A stretch of 59,175 nucleotides of DNA. It comes from a bacterium (GTDB taxonomy: Bacteria; SZUA-182; DTGQ01). This document shows, in pieces, positions 45,231 to 54,907 of this stretch; positions within the stretch are counted from its first letter, which is position 1; every line of letters begins with the position of its first letter. The position numbers and the translations under genes are program-made. The stretch covers positions 44,249 to 103,423 of the forward strand of contig JBFMGO010000001.1 in NCBI GenBank assembly GCA_040752695.1, read 5' to 3'. A model generated the notes under the pieces. That model saw only the letters and a program-made list of their open reading frames with translations, did no database searches and was not told where the DNA came from.

Positions 45231-46780
45231 TGAGCAGCAATCCTGATCAAAAGATTTTAATCTACGATTTCGGGTCTCAATACACTCAACTGATTGCACG
45301 CTGTGTCAGGGAGAGCAAGGTTTACTGTGAAATCGTGCCTTACACCTTCAGCATGGAGAGACTTAAGCAGGTCAATCCCATGGGACTCATCTTCTCAGGG
45401 GGGCCTTTCAGTGTATTCGACACAGGAGCACCTCTTTTGTCGAAAGAGATTATGGATTCAGGCATCCCCATCCTGGGGATCTGCTACGGCATGCAACTGA
45501 TAGCCCATCTGTTCGGGGGCGAAGTGGTTCGCACATCCAAACGGGAATATGGCAAATCGGAGCTTCATATAGATGACAGCGGTGATCTGTTCCAGGACTT
45601 TCAAAATGAGCATAATATCGTCTGGATGAGTCATGGAGACCGGATCGCCTGCCTGCCTGACCATTTTACTGTCCTGGCTCATACTGCCAATGCTCCTTAT
45701 GCCGCAATCAAGCACAAGGAGCACCCTATCTATGGGGTGCAGTTTCACCCTGAAGTGGTTCATACGACACAGGGGAGAACAATTCTGCAAAATTTTGTGC
45801 ACAAAATCTGCCAATGTGCTCCTGATTGGACTATGGCTTCATTCATCACGCATGCCATCCATGAGATACGGAAAAAAGTGGAAGATAAAAGAGTCATTTG
45901 CGCCTTGAGCGGCGGTGTGGATTCTTCGGTAGCCGCTGTTTTGACTCACGAGGCCATTGGAGATCAACTGACCTGTATTTTCGTGGATAACGGTCTTTTG
46001 CGGCAGGGAGAGGCTGAGCAGGTGCAGGAGGTCTTTGAGAGACATTTCCACATCAGGCTGATCTATTGTCAGGCCCGTGACCGGTTCCTGAAAAAGCTGG
46101 CAGGAGTGACTGATCCGGAGAAAAAGCGTAAGATCATCGGGAATGAATTTATCTACCTTTTCGAAGAAGAAGCCAGGAAGATTCAGGATGCGGAATTTCT
46201 GGTTCAGGGAACTCTCTACCCGGATGTGATCGAAAGCGTTTCCGTCAAAGGGCCTTCGGCCACAATCAAGAGCCATCATAATGTGGGGGGACTGCCGGAG
46301 AGAGTAAACTTGAAGATCCTCGAGCCGCTGCGGGAGCTGTTCAAAGACGAAGTGCGTCTGGTTGGCAAGGAATTGGATATCCCTGAAGAGATCGTATGGC
46401 GGCAGCCGTTTCCGGGGCCTGGCCTGGCCATCCGGATCATCGGAGAGGTAACCGAGGAGCGGCTCAGGATTTTGCGGGAATCGGATGTGATCGTTCACGA
46501 AGAGATCTGGGCTGCAGGATTATACCGGCAGATCTGGCAATCCTTCGCCATCCTGCTTCCTCTGAAGACGGTTGGCGTCATGGGAGACGGGAGAACGTAC
46601 GAGAATGTCATTGCCCTGCGGGCAGTCAATAGTGTCGACGGTATGACTGCCGACTGGGTAAAGCTGCCCTACGATGTAATGGGGAAAATCTCCAACCGTA
46701 TCATCAACGAAGTGAACGGCGTGAACCGGCTGGTGTATGACATCAGTTCCAAGCCGCCGAGCACCATCGAATGGGAGTGA
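45227..46780 (+). CDS. guaA: GMP synthase (glutamine-hydrolysing)
   Basis: '[12 protein letters not shown]', 'GICYGMQ', 'SGGVDS', '[11 protein letters not shown]', 'KPPSTIEWE'. Confidence 0.98.
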   Translation: MMSSNPDQKILIYDFGSQYTQLIARCVRESKVYCEIVPYTFSMERLKQVNPMGLIFSGGPFSVFDTGAPLLSKEIMDSGIPILGICYGMQLIAHLFGGEVVRTSKREYGKSELHIDDSGDLFQDFQNEHNIVWMSHGDRIACLPDHFTVLAHTANAPYAAIKHKEHPIYGVQFHPEVVHTTQGRTILQNFVHKICQCAPDWTMASFITHAIHEIRKKVEDKRVICALSGGVDSSVAAVLTHEAIGDQLTCIFVDNGLLRQGEAEQVQEVFERHFHIRLIYCQARDRFLKKLAGVTDPEKKRKIIGNEFIYLFEEEARKIQDAEFLVQGTLYPDVIESVSVKGPSATIKSHHNVGGLPERVNLKILEPLRELFKDEVRLVGKELDIPEEIVWRQPFPGPGLAIRIIGEVTEERLRILRESDVIVHEEIWAAGLYRQIWQSFAILLPLKTVGVMGDGRTYENVIALRAVNSVDGMTADWVKLPYDVMGKISNRIINEVNGVNRLVYDISSKPPSTIEWE

Positions 46781-46982
46781 CCTGGCTTTTTTAAGTATTG
46801 GATATTATCCTGGATAAGGTGGTGGAGTATGGCAGGGTTTTTATGAAGCGATGGTGCTTTTTCAAGACCTACCCGATAAATGTCGTATTTATCGTATGGA
46901 GCCTGACTGACCATGCGTTGGCTTTTAGCCTTCAACCTGTAACTTTAATCCATGAATAAATAAATGAATAAATAAAGAGAGA

Positions 46983-49900
46983 ATGAATAGTTCAGATTTT
47001 GTTCACCTGCACACACATACGCAATATAGCCTTTTAGATGGCGCCTGCCGGATCAACCGGCTGATCGAGAAGGCCAAACAGTGGGGAATGCCTGCCGTAG
47101 CCATTACTGATCATGGCAATATGTTCGGAGCGGTGGAGTTTTACCAGACGGTTAAAAAGGCCGGCTTGAAACCGATTATCGGCTGTGAGGTCTATGTAGC
47201 GCCGAAGAGCAGAAAAGAAAAGAGCTCCACCCGGGGGATCACCGATGCTTCTTACCATCTGGTCCTATTGGCCAAAGACTGGAGCGGCTATCAGAATCTG
47301 GTCCGGCTGGTCACATCCGGTTACCTGGAGGGGTTTTACTATCGGCCTCGAATCGACAAGGAATTGTTAAGTCAACATGCTCAAGGGTTAATAGCCCTGA
47401 GCGCCTGCCTGAAAGGGGAAATACCCTACCTGCTGGCCCGTGGAATGAAACAAGAGGCACGGGAGGTTATCGTTCAGTACCGGGACATCATGGGGAAGGA
47501 GAATTTTTTCCTGGAAGTACAGAGTAACGGCATTCCGGAGCAGGACCAGGTAAACCGGGAATTGGTTGCTCTGGCCAAAGAGCTGGACCTGGCCCTGGTG
47601 GCTACGAATGATTGCCACTATATCGAAAAGAGCGAGGCTTTCAGCCACGAGGTGCTCTTGTGCCTGCAAACAGGAAAGACCTTGAATGATCCAAAGCGAA
47701 TGAGGATGTCCACGGACCAGTTTTATTTTCGCCCTCCTGAGGAAATGATCGCCTTATTTCAGGAAATCCCCGAAGCTGTGAAAAACACTCTTGCCATTGC
47801 TGAGCGCTGCACTGTGGAATTTCAGTTTGGCCAGTATTTCCTGCCAAATTACCAGCCGCCAGACGGTTTTACCCTGGAAAGCTATCTGGAAGAGCTCGCC
47901 TGTCAGGGAACCATGAAACGGTACCATGGTGTCCTGGGGGATGGCTGTGATCCAAAAATCTATCTGGACCAGATACGGCAGGGCACAGCATCTTCCTCCG
48001 AAGGGGGCGGTGTGAAGAGTATGTCTTTTCAGGGGACACCGCAGCAAAGGATTATACTGGAGCGGCTCGACACTGAGCTGAAGGTTATCAAAAAGATGGG
48101 CTTTCCCGGTTACTTTCTGGTAGTCTGGGATTTTGTCCACTATGCGCGGAGCAAAGGCATTGCCGTAGGCCCTGGCCGTGGCTCGGCAGCGGGCAGTCTG
48201 GTTGCCTATGCCTTAGGCATTACCGACATTGACCCTCTGGCCTATGATTTGCTCTTCGAGCGGTTTTTAAATCCTGAGCGGGTGAGCATGCCGGATATCG
48301 ATATTGACTTTTGTATGCGCAGAAGGGATGAGGTCATCAGTTATGTGGGGAAGCGGTATGGTCAGGAAAACGTGGCCCAGATCATCACCTTCGGGACTAT
48401 GGCTGCCAAGGGAGTTTTGCGGGATGTAGGCCGGGTTTTGGATATGGATTACGCTGATGTGGACCGGATTGCCAAACTTATCCCCGCTGTTTTGAACATC
48501 AGCCTGGAAGAGGCCCTTCAGCAGGAAGAGCGCTTGAGGAATCTGATTCAGGAAGACGAGAAGGTAGCGCGTCTTTTCGAGATTTCAAAAGTCCTGGAAG
48601 GATTGACCCGTCATGCTTCCACGCATGCGGCTGGAATTGTGATCAGCCCAAGGCCATTGGTAGAATTTCTGCCCCTCTATAAAGGATCGAAGGAAGGGGA
48701 CGAAATAGTCTGTCAGTTTCAGATGAAGGATATCGAAAAGATCGGACTTCTCAAGATGGACTTTCTGGGCCTGCGCACCCTGACCGTGATCCAGGATGCC
48801 CTGCAACTGATTTTTGAATCCCGCAAAGAGCAGTTGGACCTGAATGCCATCTCCATGGAGGATGAGGCCACTTTCAACCTGCTGAAAGAGGCCAGAACCG
48901 TGGGTATATTCCAACTGGAAAGTTCAGGAATGAGGGATCTTCTTCGGAGGATGAAACCCGACCGGTTTGAGGACCTGATTGCCCTGGTGGCTCTTTTCCG
49001 GCCCGGGCCTTTAGGCAGCGGCATGGTGGATGATTTTATCCAGCGTAAATTCGGCAAGGTGGCGATCCGGTACGATCATCCCTGCCTCGAGAGTATCTTA
49101 AAGGAGACCTACGGCGTTATTGTCTATCAGGAACAGGTTATGAAAATTGCCAGCGAACTGGCCGGCTTTTCGCTGGGAGATGCGGATTTGCTGCGCCGGG
49201 CCATGGGGAAGAAAGATCCGGCAGTCATGGCCAGGCAGAAAGACAAATTTATGTCCGGTGCATCAGCCAGGGGAGTGGACTCCCAGATAGCGGAAAAAAT
49301 CTTCAACCTGATCTTTCATTTTGCCGGATATGGATTTAATAAGTCTCACAGTGCAGCCTATGCCCTGATCTCTTACCGGACTGCCTATTTAAAGGCTCAT
49401 TATCCGGTGGAATTGATGGCAGCTTTGATGACCAGTGAAATGGAGAACACTGACGATGTTGTCAAATTCATCAATGAAGCCAGGGAGATGGGCATTGCCA
49501 TTCTGCCGCCTGATGTGAACGAAAGTCAGACCTATTTTAATGTCGTTGATGGCCGCATCCGGTTTGGCCTGGCAGCTATCAAGAATGTCGGAGAAAATGC
49601 CGTGGCTGCCATTATCAGGGCGAGAGAAAAGGGAGGAAAGTTTTCCGACCTGTTCGATTTTTGCCGCAGGGTGGATTTGCGGCCGGTCAATAAGCGGGTC
49701 ATGGAAAGTCTGGTCAAGTCGGGAGCTTTTGATTCTCTGGGCGGCCATAGGGCCCAGATGATACATGCTCTCGATGAGGCCGTGGAGTTTGGCCAGATGA
49801 TGCAAAAGGCCAAAAACAGCCGCCAGACCTCTTTGTTCGACTACGACGAAGAGCAGGAAAACGGCGGCGATGGCGGCCTGGCACATGCGCTGCCCCAGGC

Positions 49901-50552
49901 CGAGGTATGGCATGAAAGCCAGCTTTTGCAATATGAAAAGGAAGTGATAGGGTTTTACATCACAGGGCATCCCCTGAACCGGTATGAGTCGGATTTGAAG
50001 TTATATACCAGGCACACCACGCAGGATATTTCCTCCTTGCCTGCGAAGCAGGAAATTAAGATCGGCGGTCTACTGAAACTGGACCGGGAAATTTTGACTC
50101 ATAAAAAGGGGGAGCGTATGGCATTTGTTACCCTTGAGGATATCTACGGTACGGTAGAGGTCGTTCTTTTTCCTGAGGTATACAAAAGTGCAGCGGAACT
50201 GGTGAGCCAGGAAGTGCCGGTCCTGATTAAAGGTCAGGTAGATATCAAGGACGAGCGGACAAATGTTCTTGCTACCGAGGTTATTCCCCTGGATGAGTTG
50301 CGCAAGAAATTAGTCAGGGAGTTACACCTCAAACTCCCTCTGGAAGGTCTCACTTCGCAGGATCTTCAGGAGCTGCATCATATTTTCCATAACCACCAGG
50401 GGCGGTGCAGGCTTTATTTGCATTTTTTGTCTGAAGGGGAAAAAGAACTTATTTTTTTGGCTGGTCCCGGTATCCGGGTTGAACCATCGGAAGAGCTGAT
50501 CATGGAAATTGAAAAGCGACTGGGGAAGGGTTCTGTTCTTTTGGAAAGATAA
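46983..50552 (+). CDS. dnaE: DNA polymerase III alpha subunit
   Basis: PHP 'FVHLHTHTQYSLLDG', 'GPGRGSAAGS', 'MPDIDIDF', 'YGFNKSH'. Confidence 0.98.
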   Translation: MNSSDFVHLHTHTQYSLLDGACRINRLIEKAKQWGMPAVAITDHGNMFGAVEFYQTVKKAGLKPIIGCEVYVAPKSRKEKSSTRGITDASYHLVLLAKDWSGYQNLVRLVTSGYLEGFYYRPRIDKELLSQHAQGLIALSACLKGEIPYLLARGMKQEAREVIVQYRDIMGKENFFLEVQSNGIPEQDQVNRELVALAKELDLALVATNDCHYIEKSEAFSHEVLLCLQTGKTLNDPKRMRMSTDQFYFRPPEEMIALFQEIPEAVKNTLAIAERCTVEFQFGQYFLPNYQPPDGFTLESYLEELACQGTMKRYHGVLGDGCDPKIYLDQIRQGTASSSEGGGVKSMSFQGTPQQRIILERLDTELKVIKKMGFPGYFLVVWDFVHYARSKGIAVGPGRGSAAGSLVAYALGITDIDPLAYDLLFERFLNPERVSMPDIDIDFCMRRRDEVISYVGKRYGQENVAQIITFGTMAAKGVLRDVGRVLDMDYADVDRIAKLIPAVLNISLEEALQQEERLRNLIQEDEKVARLFEISKVLEGLTRHASTHAAGIVISPRPLVEFLPLYKGSKEGDEIVCQFQMKDIEKIGLLKMDFLGLRTLTVIQDALQLIFESRKEQLDLNAISMEDEATFNLLKEARTVGIFQLESSGMRDLLRRMKPDRFEDLIALVALFRPGPLGSGMVDDFIQRKFGKVAIRYDHPCLESILKETYGVIVYQEQVMKIASELAGFSLGDADLLRRAMGKKDPAVMARQKDKFMSGASARGVDSQIAEKIFNLIFHFAGYGFNKSHSAAYALISYRTAYLKAHYPVELMAALMTSEMENTDDVVKFINEAREMGIAILPPDVNESQTYFNVVDGRIRFGLAAIKNVGENAVAAIIRAREKGGKFSDLFDFCRRVDLRPVNKRVMESLVKSGAFDSLGGHRAQMIHALDEAVEFGQMMQKAKNSRQTSLFDYDEEQENGGDGGLAHALPQAEVWHESQLLQYEKEVIGFYITGHPLNRYESDLKLYTRHTTQDISSLPAKQEIKIGGLLKLDREILTHKKGERMAFVTLEDIYGTVEVVLFPEVYKSAAELVSQEVPVLIKGQVDIKDERTNVLATEVIPLDELRKKLVRELHLKLPLEGLTSQDLQELHHIFHNHQGRCRLYLHFLSEGEKELIFLAGPGIRVEPSEELIMEIEKRLGKGSVLLER

Positions 50553-50671
50553 GGAAAAAGCCCTGGTGCCTGCGCGAATTTATTTAAAAGTCACTTTGAT
50601 TTGCACAAAAAGCCGAATGAATACAAATTCGATACTTTAATCATCAGGCTTTGAAGGGAGAATGAAAAGAA

Positions 50672-51631
50672 TTGGCTATTCTGGATTTTGAAAGACAATT
50701 CATCGAATTGGATGGAGTCATCCGAGAGATGCGGCAACTGGCTGCGGAATGGGGTGACAGTGCTCGTCAGGAACTGAAAAGGTTAAAGAGAAAACGCCAG
50801 AAAATTTTTAATGACACCTATGTCAAACTAACCCCCTGGCAAAGAACGCTGTTGGCCAGGCATCCGGACAGGCCCTACACCCTGGATTATGTCAATTTAA
50901 TCTTTTCCGATTTCATTGAGCTGCGTGGGGACCGGAAATTTGCAGACGATTCAGCTATTGTCGGGGGACTGGCCAGGCTTGATGATCAGAAAGTCATCAT
51001 CATCGGTCATCAAAAGGGGAGGGGGACAAAAGAGAACATCAGCCGCAACTTCGGAATGTCCAACCCTGAAGGGTTCCGTAAGGCGCTGCGGATTATGAAA
51101 TTGGCTGAAAAGTTTCGCAAGCCCATCGTTACCTTTATCGATACTCCGGGCGCTTATCCTGGTCTTGGTGCGGAGGAGCGGGGGCAAGCCGAAGCTATTG
51201 CACGCAATATCTATGAGATGATGCTGCTTCGTGTGCCTATTCTTACGATTGTCACCGGAGAGGGAGGGAGCGGCGGAGCTTTGGCTCTGGGAGTTTCCGA
51301 CCGGCTGCTTATGCTGGAAAACAGCATCTATTCCGTGATTTCCCCTGAAGCATGCGCTGCTATTCTCTGGAAAGATCATACCAAGGCTCCCGATGTTGCC
51401 AGCGCCCTTCGAATGACTGCGCAAGATTTGCTCAAGCTCAAGATTGCCGACGAAATCCTCAAAGAACCTATTGGCGGAGCCCATCGGAATCCTCTCATGA
51501 CTGCCCATATTGTTCGCCGGGCCATTATACGGCATCTCAGGAAATTATCCTCTGCTCCGGAAGATAAGCTGCTGGAGGATCGTTATATGCGGTATCGGCA
51601 GTATGGCGTATTTCGGGAACTCCTGGAATAA
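50672..51631 (+). CDS. accA: Acetyl-CoA carboxylase carboxyltransferase alpha subunit
   Basis: 'ARHPDRP', 'NFGMSNPEGFRKALR', 'GEGGSGGAL', 'YSVISPE'. Confidence 0.97.
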   Translation: MAILDFERQFIELDGVIREMRQLAAEWGDSARQELKRLKRKRQKIFNDTYVKLTPWQRTLLARHPDRPYTLDYVNLIFSDFIELRGDRKFADDSAIVGGLARLDDQKVIIIGHQKGRGTKENISRNFGMSNPEGFRKALRIMKLAEKFRKPIVTFIDTPGAYPGLGAEERGQAEAIARNIYEMMLLRVPILTIVTGEGGSGGALALGVSDRLLMLENSIYSVISPEACAAILWKDHTKAPDVASALRMTAQDLLKLKIADEILKEPIGGAHRNPLMTAHIVRRAIIRHLRKLSSAPEDKLLEDRYMRYRQYGVFRELLE

Positions 51632-51795
51632 TCTGAAACTTCCTGGAATAATCCGAAACTTTTTGGAAGGCATAGTTGTCCGGTTCTCCCCCGTTATTAT
51701 CTGCTCCTGCCCTTTTTTTGAGCCCTTTCAATCCTCTAAAAGGGGTACCTTGATATCTTTGATTGCAGACGACAGGAAAGCGCACACCCTGCTGA

Positions 51796-51945
51796 TCAAG
51801 CTATCTGTCCGGGCCAAAACCACGGCCTATCGGCATCATTATGATGCATTTATACATGATCCTCATTGAGGAAGAAGCGCTGATCCCCACCGTAAAGACC
51901 GCCTGGGAAACTTTTGACCAGATGATCAGTGGACGAGTGCTGTAA
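51796..51945 (+). pseudogene. Possible remnant of a cytochrome b (FdnI/HyaC-like) C-terminus
   Basis: Short frame 'IGIIMMHLYMILIEEEAL...FDQMISGRVL*' resembles the H-x-Y-M...MI(S/T)G-x-V end of b-type subunits. In-frame stop just upstream. Confidence 0.25.
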
Positions 51946-52189
51946 AGGTACAGACTGTTTATAGGGAATGATATAAAATTACCCTTTAGAGAAGCACTTC
52001 GCGGATTAAGTGCTAACGATATTGTTTCGCATATTATGCTTTATAAGTGAAAAAGCGTTCTTTTTTATCGCTAGAATGTAAGTTTTGCTCCTTTACTCTC
52101 TTCCCGTCTCTTAAAATCACCTTGGTTTGATGCACAAAAGAAAAGCATCCCGGAAAGGCCGATTTCTTGCGATTATCTGGATCAAATCA

Positions 52190-52245
52190 TAACTATTTGA
52201 TTTTCCATTTCTAAATTTTTTTTCTATTCTGGCAGTAATTTTGCA
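52190..52245 (+). promoter_or_regulatory. Sigma54 promoter with adjacent IHF-like site
   Basis: TGGCAGTAATTTTGCA at 52230-52245. AATCAAATAGTTA (WATCAA-N4-TTR) on the minus strand at 52190-52202. Confidence 0.7.
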
Positions 52246-52346
52246 GTCTTCTATTTATGGTTCCGTTATCTTTCTAGCTGCTTCTGTTACTAACCATTAA
52301 CCTTATTTAAGCCCTTTTGTTAAGGGGATTGAAGGGGGGAAGAATC

Positions 52347-53648
52347 TTGAAAGAAAGAAAGTATTTCCTCGTTGCCTTATTCACCCTGACGCTGTTGATG
52401 TGCTCTTCTACTCTGGGTCTTGCAGAAAATTTTAAATCTATCAGCAAATCCGGTGGAGAAATGGAATCTTATGCGAGCGGCGGTACCGACGGAAGTAGTA
52501 CCGTACCAAAAGGTTTCCAGCGTGCTTTCAATGGAGGGAATCGTAATTTTAAATGGGTCACAGATGGGAGATCTGCAGTCGGCGCAAGTGATAAATCGTC
52601 CAGAGGCGCGCTGGACGGCACAACTTACTCCAGTAAAGACAATACGTTCAGGACCACGGTTCTTGCGGACACCATAAAAGTCGGCCAGCAACTTATCGGC
52701 AGCGAATATCATGTCTATAAAGGTTTCTTATCCTTTGACACATCCGCTCTCGATGATCCGAATAGTATTATCAGTTCCGCGAAGCTGGTTATTTACCGAA
52801 AGGGTAAGAATATTACGAATTCCTCCGATGATTTTCGTATCGACGTGTATAAGTCCGTTTACGTGGAGCCTCTCTGGAATTCCGATTGGGATGCTGTCTT
52901 GAGTAAAGCAGGAAGATCGGATTATGTGAATGGCCTTAGCTACCCGAATCCTGGTACACCTATACAAAATGTAGCCTTGGAAGTGAGTTCCGATCCTAAT
53001 GTATACAGATGTATTATTGATCTTTCGAGTTCAGTGATAGTCAGGGGAGGAGTCACCAAGCTGGCACTGCTCAGTTCAAATACCTCTGCAGAGACCACTC
53101 CTTCCGCCAATGAATTTGTGGAAATTTATTCTCCCAATGCACCAGTGGCATTACGGCCATCGCTGGTTCTTGAGTATGGAGGAACCCCGCATCCAAAACC
53201 GGCGCTGAGCTGGCTCATGGGTGACGCTTATTACAAGGATACCGGTGCTCAACCTGATAACTTATACGAAGGGACTACGAAAGTAACTTTCCGCGTCCGC
53301 TATTACAGTGGTGAGACTGATGGAAGTACGCCGAGTACTCCCTCGTTAGCTAAGGTGTGGATTGATAAGGATGGAAACGGAATTGCCGATGAGGTAGAAA
53401 TGTACTCCATGACTCTTGATCCCAACGATACCGATTATACTGACGGCAGGGATTACCAGGCAACGGTAGATGTTGTTTCTACGGGATCGGATGTCAGATA
53501 CCAGTTCCTGTTCAAAGATCAAAATGGAAACCCGGCAGGGGGCGGGACTCCTGCTTCGGTCCGTGTGCTTACGGCTATCCAGTCATCAAAAGATTCAGAC
53601 AGTGACAGCGGTAAGGTCTGCTTCATATCCTCCCTTAGAGGGTGGTAA
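52347..53648 (+). CDS. Secreted protein with DNRLRE-like domain and C-terminal CFI-box-CTERM-like sorting signal
   Basis: TTG start after a G-rich RBS, signal peptide (GLA|E). 'KGFLSFDTSAL..ISSAKLVIY...RPSLVLEY'. Ends 'SDSDSGKVCFISSLRGW'. Confidence 0.7.
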   Translation: MKERKYFLVALFTLTLLMCSSTLGLAENFKSISKSGGEMESYASGGTDGSSTVPKGFQRAFNGGNRNFKWVTDGRSAVGASDKSSRGALDGTTYSSKDNTFRTTVLADTIKVGQQLIGSEYHVYKGFLSFDTSALDDPNSIISSAKLVIYRKGKNITNSSDDFRIDVYKSVYVEPLWNSDWDAVLSKAGRSDYVNGLSYPNPGTPIQNVALEVSSDPNVYRCIIDLSSSVIVRGGVTKLALLSSNTSAETTPSANEFVEIYSPNAPVALRPSLVLEYGGTPHPKPALSWLMGDAYYKDTGAQPDNLYEGTTKVTFRVRYYSGETDGSTPSTPSLAKVWIDKDGNGIADEVEMYSMTLDPNDTDYTDGRDYQATVDVVSTGSDVRYQFLFKDQNGNPAGGGTPASVRVLTAIQSSKDSDSDSGKVCFISSLRGW

Positions 53649-53675
53649 GAAGCTTTTGCCTTTCGTCTACTTATT

Positions 53676-53711
53676 AAAAAGGGGCTATCCTTGCGATAGC
53701 CCCTTTTTTTT
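53676..53711 (+). terminator. Rho-independent terminator
   Basis: aaaaaggggctatc-cttgc-gatagccccttttttt followed by a T run. Confidence 0.9.
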
Positions 53712-53865
53712 AGTAAGCTTCAAAATGCGGATTACTGCTTTTTGTGTGCTCTCCATCCGCACGTTGAAAGATTCTGTGCAATACGGTATAATAAAAGTGA
53801 TTTTAACTTGATTATAGCTATTGGTTCACAGCGGGCCAATGATGCGGGAAGGGTAACAAGTAACA

Positions 53866-54207
53866 ATGCATGAGCTGTCGATGGCCCAGGAGATGCTGAA
53901 TATATTGGAAGAGCAGGTGAAGACCCATAAGGTGAAAAAGGTCCACCGGGTGAGCCTGAGGGTAGGGAAGATGATGTCCGTAGTTCCCTCTTCGTTGATC
54001 TTTTGTTTCGAGATCTTATCCAAGGGGACGAGTCTTGAGGGTGCAAAACTGGAAATTGAGGAAGTCCCGGTAAAATGCAGGTGCAAAGATTGCGGGGAGG
54101 AATTTATTGTTGAATCATTGAGTTTTTTTTGTCCGGAATGCAAAGGTATCAATCTTGAGCATCTTTCGGGTCATGAATTTTTAATCCACCATCTGGAGGT
54201 CGATTAA
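53866..54207 (+). CDS. hypA: Hydrogenase nickel metallochaperone HypA
   Basis: N-terminal MHE and CxxC pairs 'CKDC', 'CPEC'. Confidence 0.96.
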   Translation: MHELSMAQEMLNILEEQVKTHKVKKVHRVSLRVGKMMSVVPSSLIFCFEILSKGTSLEGAKLEIEEVPVKCRCKDCGEEFIVESLSFFCPECKGINLEHLSGHEFLIHHLEVD

Positions 54208-54870
54208 TTGGAAATTAAGGTGTTATCCAACATTTTAAAGGCCAACGAGGCTATCGCCGATGAGAATCGACGGCTGTTTTCTCAAAAAAGGATCCTGACT
54301 TTAAACCTGATCAGTTCACCTGGCTCAGGAAAAACCTCCCTTCTGGAGAGAACGATCGAACAGGTAAAGGGTGATTACCGGCTCGGAATTATTGAGGGGG
54401 ATGTCCAGACGAGCAAAGATGCCGAACGGATTCACGCTCTGGGGATTCCGGTCGTTCAGATCAATACCGACGGGGGGTGTCACCTGGACGCCAACATGAT
54501 CAAGATGTCCCTGGACGGCCTGCCTTTGGAGGAACTCGACTGCCTGATTATCGAGAATGTAGGCAATCTGGTTTGTCCGGCAGGTTATCAACTGGGTGAA
54601 GACATGAAAGTTGCGGTTTTAAGCGTTACTGAAGGCGATGACAAGCCCAGCAAGTATCCATCGGTATTTCATGAAAGCCGCGTCCTCATTATTAACAAGA
54701 TTGACTTATTGCCGTTTACCAATTTCGATTTGGCAGCGGCCAAAGATTCTGCCTTACACATCAATCCTCATCTGAAGGTATTCGAGATTTCCTGCACAAG
54801 CGGCCAGGGCCTCGACATCTGGACGGACTGGCTTACCTCGGAGATAAGGACCCGGTCTGCCACGAGATAG
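54208..54870 (+). CDS. hypB: Hydrogenase nickel-insertion GTPase HypB (short form)
   Basis: 'SSPGSGKT', 'CHLDA', 'ENVGNLVCPA', 'NKIDL'. Confidence 0.97.
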   Translation: MEIKVLSNILKANEAIADENRRLFSQKRILTLNLISSPGSGKTSLLERTIEQVKGDYRLGIIEGDVQTSKDAERIHALGIPVVQINTDGGCHLDANMIKMSLDGLPLEELDCLIIENVGNLVCPAGYQLGEDMKVAVLSVTEGDDKPSKYPSVFHESRVLIINKIDLLPFTNFDLAAAKDSALHINPHLKVFEISCTSGQGLDIWTDWLTSEIRTRSATR

Positions 54871-54907
54871 AGGCACGAGGTAAAAGGGGGCAGCGAGGTA
54901 CCAGGCT

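Noticed and set aside
46983..50552. Intein in dnaE
   Set aside because: Length is near normal and no splicing motifs are seen.
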